The notes: generated from the letters alone by a model not told the origin. Shown: positions 49,590-63,151, counted from the first letter of the whole stretch. The stretch: 63,867 nt of DNA, filler included, from Octopus bimaculoides (GCF_001194135.2; 6 parts of 5 records of this genome joined end to end with filler, not necessarily neighbours in it); one strand, 5' to 3'. Program-made: numbers and translations.

Positions 49590-51300
49590 TGGTTTTATTG
49601 TTTTATTGTCCCGAAACTGTTCTTATGTATTAATATGGGCACTGCCCAGAAGCCATTTTCTACATGTTATGCATAGTGGTAACTCATGGAGTTTTGGTTA
49701 TGTATTTGTCTCCATGTTTTTGTTTGTTTGTTTTTTACCATCCCAAAAGCCCTTATTAAAGGGATTCTTTCTGTATTCAGACCCTCATATTAGGGTCACC
49801 TCTATTTCAAAATCTTTACATTTGGATAATTCCTCCATTTCTTCGAGAGATACATAACCGTATGTTGGTTTGGACACTTCGATTTTAAGGAGTTTCATTT
49901 CCTGATTATCGTTGATAACAATATCTGGTCGATTAGCCTCGATTTCTATTTTGTCATATCGCAGAGAGTAGCAGCCAGAGACAATGTACATTATTATTTC
50001 TTTTCCATCTCCACATATTCTGCCTTTACTTACTGCATTCTACTTCATTATATGCTTATGATGACTCCTGGAGAGAAGCATTAGTTTTGAGTCTCAATCA
50101 AAAACCCCTCAGTTTCTTGAGTTTCTCAGCCAGTGTTACGACCTTTCCTTTGTTTTGCTTTCTCTAGTATTGGCCATGTAGAGGCTTTTCCTGCCATCGC
50201 TTTGTCATGGCATTCTGTAACCACGTTTTATTTTAGAATTTAGCTTTTTCATAGTCTTTGCTGTTGATTCTCTATTTTCTTCAACACTCTGTCATTTCAG
50301 GCTCTCGTTTGAATTTAATGGCTTCTATAAAGATAGAGACATGGTGTGTGTATGTTTCATAGCGATCTATATTATTTTTTACGATTCTTTACTAGATATT
50401 TTTGTAGCATTACATAGAGCATTTTATAAATAGTCTTCTAGTTGCAAGAAGACTATTTTATAAATAGCCTTCTCTGTATTCATGGTATATATAATCTTTC
50501 TGTGTCTGATTTTAGGTGGTGTATTCTAAATGCTGTCATTACTTCTCTTGTTTTTTTTTCTGTTTAATTTTGCTACTTAGCTTTACGTTAAATTGAAGAT
50601 ATCAAAACTAAAATTTATTTTGGGGATAACTAGAGTATTAAAACCAGGTAGGTTAATTTTGCATTTAGCTTTGTTTTACGTATTATTCTAATCCATCTAC
50701 AATATTCCTTCCTAATCTTTTCTTTCATCTTTTTGTGCTACACACTGTAGTTCATTAATTTCTAAGTACTTATATGTCTGTATTTAATCTAATCTTACAT
50801 ACCCCAGTTCAATGCGTATTGCTTCTTCTATGCTTATAACCTTCGATGATTGTTCAAATGCTCTGTTCATTGTTTTGAGCAACTTTTCCGTGGTATTTTC
50901 TTCACTGCCCAAATTATTGTCCAATTTTTTTCTACTTCCTCTTCCGTTGGTACTGTATTAATTTAAATCTTTACTTTCACAAAGTTCTTGACAAATTGTT
51001 CGGAGTTTGGAGTCGAACTGTTTTTTTTCATTCAAAGATTTTGCTGTCATTTTTCATACCGACAGATTTTTTTTTATGATTTCGCAGGCATTTTTGTTTC
51101 AGGCATTCTTTGTTGTTGGATATTTATTTTCATCATATTATATTTCGGTAGTATTTTTTCTCCTTTCTTTTATCAATTGTGTCCATTTGTTATTGATTTC
51201 GAAAGATCTTTTCTTTTCTATCTTTACTATGTATTTATGTTCCGCGTTGTATATATGGGCTTCATATTCCTATTTGAGTGGGTCTAAATGATTGCTACTT
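49590..51300 (-). mobile_element. R4/Dong-like LINE remnant, copy 1
   Basis: EEVEK.W..IW, TYKYL and ANRPDIVI...IEVS (PD-(D/E)xK restriction-like endonuclease). Confidence 0.65.
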
Positions 51301-51679
51301 TCCTTTGAAATTATAGGTTTGTTTGCTCAGAGATAACTTGGAATTAAGCAACAACGACCACGAAACGTAAATTCTACGTAGCCATTTGATCTGCTAGAAA
51401 TAGCTGCCAAATTCACTTAAATCACAACCTGCAGTCATAAGAAGAGATTGGAGAACATAAACCTAGTTACGGTGTCTGATAATTCACCAGTGTGCACGCA
51501 TTTAGGAAACCTTTAATTTAGGTCTGCTGAATCAAAGTTGACTGGGGACAAAATAACATCATCGTCGTCGTCATCGTCGTTGTGGTCCTCCTCCTCCTCC
51601 TCCTCCTCATCATCATCATCATCGACAAAACTAAAACCATAGCACACTTATGTAATATCTTCTGCTTTCTTTTGTAAAG

Positions 51680-51843
51680 GAAACGGCACAGTTGCTTTGG
51701 AGATATTGCAAGAGTTACCGGACGTGGACACAATAATAATACCATATGGAGGAGGTGCTCTTTCTTCCGGTATGGGCACTGCCGTTAAAGTTTTGAAACC
51801 GGATGTTAATATCTACACAAGTGAAGTTGATACCTCACCTCAG
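51680..51843 (+). CDS. Dehydratase/racemase-family enzyme, middle exon
   Basis: gtaaag| ... cag|gtaaat. (G)NGTVALEILQELPDVDTIIIPYGGGALSSGMG...SEVDTSPQ, with the glycine-rich phosphate-binding loop. Phase 1 to 0. Confidence 0.94.
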
Positions 51844-51872
51844 GTAAATTTTAGAACTATTTTGATCAAACT

Positions 51873-51948
<76 letters not shown>

Positions 51949-52000
51949 TTCTCCTTTGCGTCAATTACTTACAACCGCGATAATTCGACCTGAAGTAAAG

Positions 52001-52040
<40 letters not shown>

Positions 52041-52888
52041 TGCATCTTGCAGGCATGAAGCGTATTCGATCCACCACTGCCAAATTTAAATTAACAGTTG
52101 AACAGAACTTTTCTCACGACGGAACAATTGCTTTTTCAGTGACACCGGTTTTACATGTGCCAGATGCCTTTAGCTAGGCCAAAATAACGTCTTCATCACT
52201 TGACCCTTATAACCTCTTCTACTTCACCAAAAGCTAGAACAGAGATATCACAGTACCACAAACAAAGCCCATCGTTCTCAACGATATGTCTATCCTTCTG
52301 GATAGTTATAAAAGCAAGAACCCCAAGCAAGAATCAGTTAGTGACTTGGTGACAACTCAGATATTCGGCTCGTGACAACTCAATCAGTAAATGAATGACA
52401 AACTCGAGTCACAGACAGCTACCATCAGTTAGGGAGCAGAACGCTAGAACCATAATCCAAAGCAAAGTAGCTACTAAAGACAATGGTCAGATGGAGAATG
52501 AAATTTACTGTCAACAGCTATGAGACCCAACTTCCCACACTCTCTCACTTTCACTAACTCACTTTGTCATCTCTGCACATTACCACATCTCTCTCTATGG
52601 TTTACTATTACAATACGAACACACAGGCCGAAATTAACTTTTTATTTATTTCGCACGCTCTAGGATTTTATTCACCTGCCCGTCGAGGCAAGGTATATTC
52701 GATGTAACGGTAAATAAATAATTTCTTCACAACTTCAACCACTGTTCTTTCCTCTTTACATAATGGCCATCAACGAAGAACCAATCCTTACACACTAATT
52801 ACGGCTCCAACATTCCATCCTACTGTGTATCGACTATTGTCTTCCCATATTATTGTTCACTAAATAATATCACCCGTTACACACACAC

Positions 52889-52921
<33 letters not shown>

Positions 52922-54542
52922 TGTATGTATGTNNNNNNNNNNNNNNNNNNNNNNNNNNNNNNNNNNNNNNNNNNNNNNNNNNNNNNNNNNNNNNNNNNNN
53001 NNNNNNNNNNNNNNNNNNNNNNNNNNNNNNNNNNNNNNNNNNNNNNNNNNNNNNNNNNNNNNNNNNNNNNNNNNNNNNNNNNNNNNNNNNNNNNNNNNNN
53101 NNNNNNNNNNNNNNNNNNNNNNNNNNNNNNNNNNNNNNNNNNNNNNNNNNNNNNNNNNNNNNNNNNNNNNNNNNNNNNNNNNNNNNNNNNNNNNNNNNNN
53201 NNNNNNNNNNNNNNNNNNNNNNNNNNNNNNNNNNNNNNNNNNNNNNNNNNNNNNNNNNNNNNNNNNNNNNNNNNNNNNNNNNNNNNNNNNNNNNNNNNNN
53301 NNNNNNNNNNNNNNNNNNNNNNNNNNNNNNNNNNNNNNNNNNNNNNNNNNNNNNNNNNNNNNNNNNNNNNNNNNNNNNNNNNNNNNNNNNNNNNNNATAT
53401 ATATATATATAAACTAAGAGCACTAGATTCTTTGGAAGAAAACAAGCGTATGTATACGAAAACAAGGACGAAAAGTTAAAAAAAAAGAGAAATGGTACAT
53501 AATTACAAATACAAACAACAGAACATTAACAACAGGTGTCTTTCGACTAAGGACGAATTAAATTAACCTGGCGTGTGTGGAAGTGAAGCCTGACGGCAGG
53601 AACATAGAAAATGAAAGTCATGGGAGAAAATACGAGAGATGTTGCACGGCTGAACCAAAAAAGAAAGGTCAAGCTTGGCGGAACACCGGTCACGTGGAAG
53701 GAGAGGAGAGAGGTAGTGGATAGAGGGATTGAAGAATTAGGGAGGGACGAGAAAGATAGAAAAAGGAAAGGATACTTATTGATCAGACCGTGTCTATATG
53801 TGTTTGTGTGTGTATGTATTACAAGTTACGTAAGATGTTCTGATTGACTTAGAAACATATGTAATCTAGATTTACCTTTTCCATTCCTTAAACCTTTCAG
53901 TTTATGTGCATAATTAGCAACCTTCGTTACCAAACTAAGAGTTTTATAGCAGTAGTCGTTTTATTGAAATTTCCATCTATTTTGATATGGGACAAAAAGG
54001 CATAACATACGCCGATTGATATGCTTTGTTGATCGAATATTATCCGCTTTTTGTCACCTATACAAGTCATGTATATGCTTGATGTTTATTAACTTCCTGT
54101 ACCAAGACCTTTTCGGATATATCACTACATATATCACTACTATATCACTACATGCGCGCACACGCACACACACAAAGAAAAAAGAGACTTGTTGACTGCT
54201 TAAAACGTAACAGAGTAGTATAAAATCAGTGTGCTATAGAAAGCAATAGTATGCCCCTCTTCTCAAAATTGTTGGCCTCGTGCTAAGATGAGATAGAATT
54301 ATTATTATTATCATCATCATTAAGACGGCGAGCTGACAGTCTCGTTAGCTTGCCAGGCAAAATGCTTAACGGTATTTCGTCTGTCTTTATGTTGTGAGTT
54401 CAAATTCCGGTGAGGTCGACTTTGCCTTTCAGCCTTTCGGGATCGATAGATTAAGTATCAATTGGGTACTGGGGTCGATGTAATCGACTTGAAACCTCCC
54501 CCAAAATTTCAAGCCTTGTGCCTTTAGTAGAAAGGATTGTTA

Positions 54543-54576
<34 letters not shown>

Positions 54577-54599
54577 CATTATTATTATTATCCTTTCAG

Positions 54600-54941
54600 G
54601 TTTACGAAAGTCAAAAAGCTGGAAAAGCTGTGCCATGCAAATACACGCCCAATTTTTGCGACGGCATCGGAGGGCGTGGCTGCATGATTCCCGTGTGGGC
54701 AGTCGCAAGAAAGGTAATTGATGACACGATAGTGGTCAGTACAAGAGATATAGCCGATGCTATCAAGCTATTAGTGGAGAGTAATTATGTAATCACAGAA
54801 GGAGCCGGTGCATCTTCTGTCGCAGCGGCCATGGCAGCAAAGGAAAAACTCTCGGGAAATGTTGTGTGTGTGGTTACAGGAGGAAACATTGACAACAAGA
54901 AATTGCTTCAAGTTTTGCAAGGGGAAATCCCGACAGATTAA
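54600..54941 (+). CDS. Dehydratase/racemase-family enzyme, last exon with stop
   Basis: tttcag| VYESQKAG...FCDGIGG...ITEGAGASSVAAA...VVTGGNID...TD*. EGAG and (S/T)GGN motifs of fold-type II PLP enzymes; no ACT domain follows. Confidence 0.95.
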   Translation, partial: VYESQKAGKAVPCKYTPNFCDGIGGRGCMIPVWAVARKVIDDTIVVSTRDIADAIKLLVESNYVITEGAGASSVAAAMAAKEKLSGNVVCVVTGGNIDNKKLLQVLQGEIPTD

Positions 54942-55504
54942 TGAGTTCTGTTATCGGTTTTGTTCTTTCTGTGAAAAGCATGTTGCGATAAATGTTGCTG
55001 GAATAATAAGAGGAGTGTTTTAAAATTTTATTCATAGCCTCAAATAGTTCCTGTGAACTATTTGGTATTTGAAACTTATATATTGAAATTGGAATCGAGG
55101 AAGTGAAAAGCTTGTCTAGAGCGGACTTTGGTTTATGCATCTTCCACCATTGTAAGAATATTTGAGGAATTAAAATCATCAAACTTAAACAAATTTCTGT
55201 TTACAATTTTATAAATTTAAAAAGAGTTGGGATGAAAGGAGAGAGTGAGCAGTAAGGGAGAAGGATGGGCAGACAGACAGGCAGATAGATAAATAAATAG
55301 AGGAGGGAAGAAAAAAAATTAGAGCGGAAGGGAGACTACTCGTGATATGTGTGTTGATTTTAGATTTCTCCATCCTGAGATTAGTCGGAGAAAAAAGAAA
55401 AAAAAAATCACTTAAATCCGTTTCACATGCTAACAATATTGGATTGGTAAAACGATTGGAACATTGAATAAAATACCTCACGCTATATCTTCCAGTTCAT
55501 TACA

Positions 55505-55720
55505 TAGCTTGCTTGCTTGATGGGACTGGGTTCCCAGAGACGTCATCATGCACAGAGCCGACCAGGTCCACCAGTGCTCTCTATTGCTGGCGGTCATGTG
55601 CCAGCCTCTCGACATCCTCCAAGGTGACGTTGAGCCTCTGAAAATCTTTCCCAATCACGCCCAGCCACCTGATGCGGGGCCTATCACGAGGCTTCTTCCA
55701 GCCTGCATCTGTTGCGTCGA
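55505..55720 (-). mobile_element. RTE-type LINE 3' end
   Basis: GWKKPRDRPRIRWLGVIGKDFQRLNVTLEDVERLAHDR. Confidence 0.75.
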
Positions 55721-55989
55721 ATGAAAAAAAAAGCCCTGGTAAAATGACCTAGTGGGAAGATGGAGGACATATCTGTACCAACTCAGGTATCCTTTTCGTT
55801 CTTTCGATGTCGATAAAATAAAGTACCAGTCACGTGCTGGGGTCGATGCAAATGAATGATACCCCCACCCCATCAAAATTGCTGACCTTTAGCCAAATTA
55901 GAAACAATCCCTTCTTCTTATTATTGATTTGAAACGTTCGTTAACACTGACTTTAATCGCACATTATATACCAGCTCTCCTATTGTATA

Positions 55990-57290
55990 ACAACTTGAGA
56001 TTATCAACTGTTCCAGTAGGACTCAGCTTCAACTAACCAATGACCACTGAACTTAGTATACCATAACTACGTTGAGAAGCGGCTGCAATAGACGATACAT
56101 TAAACTGAACATCAGCCAAGGCAATACATAAAATTTAACAGTGACTGCATTGGTAGATGATTTAAACTGAGCAGTGGCATGTCCTGTAGATCATAACTGA
56201 CACTCAGCTGCATCGATGGATAATGACCTAAACTGAGTAGTGGTAGGTAGCCCTGAGTCATAATTTAAACTAAGCAGCGACTGTCTCAACAAATCATTAT
56301 CGAAAATGAGCAGAAACAGGTCGACAGGCTACAACCTTAAATGAGTAGCACGCATTAGTAAATCGTAGTCTGAACAGAGTTGTTGCATGCTATATAAGTC
56401 ATTACCTAAACTGATAACAACTTTGATAGTTGATTATGATTTTCTTGCAATAGCCGTTCCAATAGGGTCAATTGTTAACTGAGCAGCAGATTTCTCTAGA
56501 TCCTGATCAAATTAACTAGTGGCTATTTCAACAAGCTATAAACTAAACTGGACATTTGTTGCCTAAGTAGGTCAGATTCTAAATTGAGCAACATATCATA
56601 CTCTTAAATGAGCATCAACTTCAATGAGCAGTAGAATCTTTGGTCATGCTAGCTTAAACTAAGCAGTAACAGCTGCAATAGGTTTATAAATCTAAACTGA
56701 ACTGTGAATCTCAGTAGGACATAATCCCAACAAAGCTTCTGCATGCTATGTAGTTCATTGTTTATACTGATCAGCAGGTCTTAGTACAGAAACTGAGGAG
56801 TAACAAGGTAGGTCACAACCAGCTGGTGTAAGAAGTTACAATCTAAAATGAGAAGCAGGTTTCAGTAGGTCAGACTCTAAACTGAGCAGAAAGCCTCAGT
56901 AGGTCATAATATAAACTGAGTAGTATGTCTCAGTAGTTCATAATGTAAACTGAACTGCAGTGATTCAGGAAATCTGAGTGGCAAGACTTCGTAGGCTGTA
57001 AAATAAATTGAACAGAAGCTGCATAAGTAAATTATAATTCAGATTGAACAGTTGCCACCTCAATAAAACTCTCTAAACTAAGTAGCTTGTCATAATCTGA
57101 GTGATCATCTTAGTATGCCATAATATGAGAAACTGGTCAATTTTCTGAGCAATGATTAACCATAATAAGTCACAAGGTAAACTGGGCAGCTGTCTCATAT
57201 GTCATAATCTAAATTGAGCTATAGCCTACACACAGCATAATTTTTAAACTGAGCAGCATCAGTTTAGGTGGGTAATAGTTTAAACCAGTG
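55990..57290. repeat. Diverged ~34-36 bp tandem array (~35 units)
   Basis: Recurrent TAAACTGAG...TCATAAT; clearest units 56878-56911 and 56912-56945. Confidence 0.85.
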
Positions 57291-57580
57291 TTGAACTTGT
57301 TCAGCTTTGCAGTTCAAATTGAATCAGTCTACTTCTTGTAGTCCAGATGGGGACTATCATTATAGAAACCCTATTTATAATGTAGATCAAAATAGATGGA
57401 TTAAGTAAATATTTTTTTTTCTGAAGAACTCGAAGTAGATGAGGCCATAAATAATAGCATGTAGTATATTCGGTTAAAAAAAATCCTTTCGTTGGAAATA
57501 AGAAGTCAAAGGGTAACTTAGTCTTCTACATGCTATAATTTATAGCTTTATCCACCATGAAAAATAATTTAGTTCACCTA

Positions 57581-58334
57581 TCTATATATATAAAAATGAG
57601 AATGTGTGTCCGTCTGTCTGTGTGAATCCCTAAAACTCGAGAACTACGCAACCAATTTCATTCAAATTTTACACATGCCTTACTTAGGGTTCCAGTTGTG
57701 TTTTAGTCAAATAAATTTTTTTAACTTCTTGTAGAGTTCGAGCCCACGGCAACATATCTCCTCCACTATTTAAGTATTACGTGTCAAAAGTGAAACAAAA
57801 ACGCTCATGTCAAATACTTTCACTTTAAAAATGAAACTATTCCACTAACTGAAACAATCACATTCCGATACTGTAATGACAGATACTTTCAGAGAGAGAG
57901 AGAGAGAAAGAGATGTATATGTATACATATAGATGTATATGTACACGTTATTCCCCTAGCTGAAACAATCACATTTCGATACTGTAATGAATGAGAGGGA
58001 GAGAGAGAGAGAGAGAGAGATGTATATGTATACATATAGATCTATATGTACACGTATATGTATAGATATATATATATATATATATATATAGATCTATATG
58101 CATACATGTATATGTATACATATGTGTAGATGTATATATATATAGATGTACATGTAATATGTACACATATATACATGCATACAGATATCTATACATATAT
58201 ACACCCATCACACACACATACACATGCACACAAACACACACATTAGTCATTTGTTTTCTTATCCAAAACTACGTCAAAAGTACTGAATGGATCTTTATGA
58301 AATTTGGAAATTATATTCTATGCATAACGGCCAT
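57581..58334 (+). mobile_element. Non-autonomous Helitron-like element (5' part)
   Basis: Starts A|TCTATATATATAAAA...GTGTGTCCGTCTGTC; internal duplication CTGAAACAATCACATT(C/T)CGATACTGTAATGA; truncated by a gap. Confidence 0.5.
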
Positions 58335-58479
58335 NNNNNNNNNNNNNNNNNNNNNNNNNNNNNNNNNNNNNNNNNNNNTTAATTAATTAANNNNNNNNNN
58401 NNNNNNNNNNNNNNNNNNNNNNNNNNNNNNNNNNAACTTTTTACAACCATTGACTTACTGACAGTGTGTTATGTTTCAG

Positions 58480-58526
58480 GTGCGATTGGTTTTGAATAAA
58501 GACCAACATAAGACGAAACCTTGGAG
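58480..58526 (+). CDS. Candidate small coding exon of an unidentified gene
   Basis: tgtttcag| VRLVLNKDQHKTKPW ag|gtagta (an alternative donor 3 nt downstream has the same phase). Phase-compatible with the 61957 exon. Confidence 0.5.
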
Positions 58527-59125
58527 GTAGTAATTTATTCTGAAATATTATCGAAATTACGAAAACGTAGCTGAAGTACACAAATATTTTTGTAAGGAAT
58601 TCCAAGAGATCCAAAGATATGACTATCTGTTGCTCAAGGCGGTGAGTTGGCAGAATCGTTAGCGCGCTGGACGAAATGCTTAGCAGTATTTCGTTTGCTG
58701 TTACGTTCTGAGTTCAAATTCCGCCGAGGTCGACTTTGCCTTTCATCCTTTCGGATCGATTAAATAAGTACCAGTTACGCATTGGGGTTGATGTAATCGA
58801 CTTAATTCCTTCCCCCAAATTTGAGGCCTAGTGCTTTCAGTAGAAAGGACTATTTGCTGCTAACTTTAGTCCCACAAGTAAATAACAGTCTCTTGAAAAC
58901 ATAGAATTAACCTACAAGTAAAACTGTTCAGCACTCTTTTATCGTTTATATTTTGCTTGACTGCGACTATGATAGGGCACTCATTGAAGAATTTTTTGTC
59001 GAATGATTCGACATCAATATTTTTTTGATAAGCTTGTTATTTATTCTATCGATCTTTTCCACCGAACAGCTACGTTTCGAGGCGTAAACACACCCACACC
59101 TGTTATCATGCAGTGGTTGGGGAGA

Positions 59126-59202
<77 letters not shown>

Positions 59203-59257
59203 GCCTACATACAAACATACATCCATACATATATACATACATACACATATATATATG

Positions 59258-59297
<40 letters not shown>

Positions 59298-59510
59298 TCC
59301 AAGAGAGTTAGGGGTTGTGAATCCAACCGACTAAGGGATAATATCTATCCAATATACTGCTGGTAGAATACCCAATTATTAAAACACAAGTGTTTTTTTC
59401 ATTGCATGACGATTACACTACTGAATGTAATAAATGGGTGAGGGTAAAAAGTTTTTTTACTGTTAATTTATAAAGCAATAAGAATATGGAGGGGACCATT
59501 ATTGTTATTA

Positions 59511-59584
<74 letters not shown>

Positions 59585-59597
59585 TGTATGGCTGTTA

Positions 59598-60040
59598 GCT
59601 AGCAGATCGTTAGCACGCCGGACGAAATTTCGCTAAGCAGCAATATACTTCGTCTTTACGTCCTGAGTTCAAATTCCGCCGATGCCGACTTTGCCTTTCA
59701 TCCTTTCGGGGTCGATAAAATAAGTACCAGTCAAACACTGAGTCGATGTAATCCAGTAGACCCCTCCCCGCAAATTTCGGACCTTGTACCTTTAATAGAA
59801 AGGATTATTATTGTTATTATTATTATTGGCGAGTTGGCAGAATCGTTAGCATGGCGGACAAAATGCTTTGCAGTATATCATCCGTCATCATATTCTGAGT
59901 TTAAATTCCGCCGAGGTTGACTTTGCTTGTCATCCTTTCGGGGTCGATAAAATAAGTACCAATTGAGTACTGGGGTCGATGTAATCGACTTACCCCCTCC
60001 CTCGAAATTGCTGACCTTCTGAGAAAATTTGAAATCAATA
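59598..60040 (+). mobile_element. Two tandem SINE family A copies
   Basis: Heads at ~59600 and ~59828, separated and flanked by (ATT)n. Confidence 0.8.
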
Positions 60041-60870
60041 TTATTATTACTTGAAAGTAATATATGTATATGGTTAGTAGTGATTTGTATTTGATATGTG
60101 TTTTCTAATTCCTTTTATTATAGCGACAGTCGCAATTTTCTTTTATTGTCCTTTTTCTTGCTTCCCGTATTTGGAGTGCAACTTAAATGAAAATATAAAT
60201 AATCGCCGCTAAATTTAAACCCACAAATAATAATATAACTGAAACTACTTTGCTCCTACATAACTTTGAGTTATATCTCACGCCACCAAACATGAGCTCA
60301 GTATGTTGTGAGATGAAACTCTTGTAAGTGCAATTTCCTAAACAGATGCAGCCAGATCTAAATTTGTAAAAATTGCAGTTATGCAAAGTAAACAGACCAG
60401 TTTAATTCTATCCAACATTTTATACAGTATAAGCAACATATCTTTCGGTGAAAAGAAAATGGTTAATTTCCTTTTAATGAAAGTTTAACGTATCTATAAA
60501 TTGATCGAATACATAGTTTTCAGCTCAAAGGCAGATTTTTCACATTAATTATCGAAGGTCACTTATAAGATTGCTAATGGTTTTGTCTTCAACTTAAGCA
60601 ACAAAGAATTTCATTGAATAGTATTTTGTTATGCAGGCTCTTAAAATATGAATTAATTAATTAACAATATACTACACAGTGATAATTTCTGCCTGGGTTT
60701 GTATACATTAGAAAGATTTTTCTGGTAAAGCTTTCATGTATTCAGAAACTAGTCCAGACCATTCCGGTTTCTGACCCCCAAAGTTGAAGAGAAAAAACTG
60801 TTTTAACTTTTCTGTCATTTTAGAACGATTTTAAGTTGCATGTTTACTAAAGTTTTACCATACATTTCAA

Positions 60871-60929
<59 letters not shown>

Positions 60930-61152
60930 CATCTCTATCTGTCTGTCTTTATTTATCTATCGATCGATCTATATGCAGGCATATATATGCACATATATTT
61001 ATATACACATATTTGTATGAGCATGTATGTATAAATATATATGTATACGCACATATATACGTATATGTATATACACATATAAATATACATATATATAATC
61101 ATACATATAATTATATATACCCATGTACAAATATATATATATATATATATGC

Positions 61153-61192
<40 letters not shown>

Positions 61193-61806
61193 ATGTATAT
61201 TTACATATGCATATCTATGATGTCAGATTATATTGTTATTAGTTTAAAAAGTAAACAACATTTTTGTAAAAACGTCAATGTTTTCATATCTCAGTTTGAA
61301 GGTAATTAAGTCTGAAACCAAGGTTTCACATATCGCGTTCGTCAGTAGATATTCGATACGCAAAATTGCAATGGAGACTGTTACCTAAGTGCACACGCTA
61401 TAAGAGGCGGGCACATATACACATATTTTCATGTAATCAAACAAGTGTGCGTTCAGATACACACACACATGTACACATTATATATACTGCACCTAGATAT
61501 ATGTATTCTGAAGTATATGCATATATATATGTTTATATGCTTACATGCATATGTATATGTACATATATATATATAAGTATATCCACATAAACATGAACAT
61601 ATATATACATATATACATACTTGCATGTATATACTAAGATACAGTGATGTAATAAAAAATGGATATCCGTCGGTGTCGACGGGGAATATTCAGTTGTATC
61701 AACTGGAATATTTGCTCGAGCTTGTAATGGATGAGTATAAAACAGGCATACACTCACGAACATACGCTTACATGAATATATACTTACGTAGATAGTCATG
61801 TGAGTG

Positions 61807-61864
<58 letters not shown>

Positions 61865-61956
61865 ATGTCCAATGATATATATATAAATGATTTAACGTTA
61901 AACTGAAGGATTTCTCAATTATCTTTAGTAGATTACTTATTTATTCATTGTTACAG

Positions 61957-62016
61957 GGTCAAGAATGATACGGACTTCGAAGTTTCGACTTTCTCACTTC
62001 CATCAAACTTCATCAG
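61957..62016 (+). CDS. Candidate small coding exon of an unidentified gene
   Basis: ttgttacag| (R)VKNDTDFEVSTFSLPSNFI ag|gtgatc. Phase 2-2, non-repetitive sequence. Confidence 0.55.
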
Positions 62017-62194
62017 GTGATCAATCAGAAACTCTGATGTCATTAAAAACCCTGTCTTTGTAAAAGTTTATACACCCAAACACACACATGGATANNNNNN
62101 NNNNNNNNNNNNNNNNNNNNNNNNNNNNNNNNNNNNNNTTAATTAATTAANNNNNNNNNNNNNNNNNNNNNNNNNNNNNNNNNNNNNNNNNNNN

Positions 62195-62225
<31 letters not shown>

Positions 62226-62485
62226 CACCCATACCTATGTAAATCTATATTATTAAAAATGTAAAACTACGTGACTATTATTCAGAACAATGAGAATATT
62301 TCATATATAATATAGAAATATGTAAAATTAGATTAAATGGGGGTGATAGGTGGAAAGTACATCTGTGAACGCATTAAAGTATACGTGTACACACACACGC
62401 ACACACACACAAACATACACACATACACACACATAAACACATACACGTACATAAATATATATTAGCACACAAGCACAGATGCATA

Positions 62486-63080
62486 CACAGGCTGGACAAA
62501 ATAATGGAAATACCTAGCATCATAGCATCATAATTTTGAAATACCTATAGAACCGTCAAAAACTTGTTTATTTTTATGTTTTCTTTTATTTATTATCAGT
62601 GTTTTTTTAATATATCTTGCTAAAATTGTTTTTTCTTTCCAGATATCATCAGAAAAAGATAATTAATATTCATTAAAATGACAGATTTATCGGACTTTCA
62701 AAGAGGTCAAATTGTTGGTGTTCGTGTGGCAGGCGCTAGCGTAACGAAAGCAGCTGAAATGTCTGGTGTATCAAGAAGTACAGTCTCAAAAGTAAAGACT
62801 GCCTTTGAGAAAGAAGGAAAACCCCCCTCGTCGAAACAAAACTTCGGAAGATAACGAAAATTTTCAGACAGGGAGCGTCGGACTCTTACGCGAATTGTTA
62901 GAAAGGATCACAAAAGTACAGCTCCCAAAATTACTGCAGAGTAACTCGGAAACATAGTTTCCACAAAAACTGTTCGCCGGAAGCTGCACAAAGCCGGATT
63001 TCGCAGGAGGGCTGCAATCAGAGAACCGCTATTTTCAAAAACAAACGTTGTAAAACGTTTAGAGTTGAGTAAAAACCGTC
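62486..63080 (+). mobile_element. Tc1 transposon 5' part
   Basis: TA|CACAGGCTGGACAAAATAATGGAAATACC terminus; ATG at 62678 MTDLSDFQRGQIVG...SRSTVSKV (paired-like HTH), then a stop and truncation. Confidence 0.85.
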
Positions 63081-63092
63081 ATTCTCTTTCCG

Positions 63093-63151
<59 letters not shown>

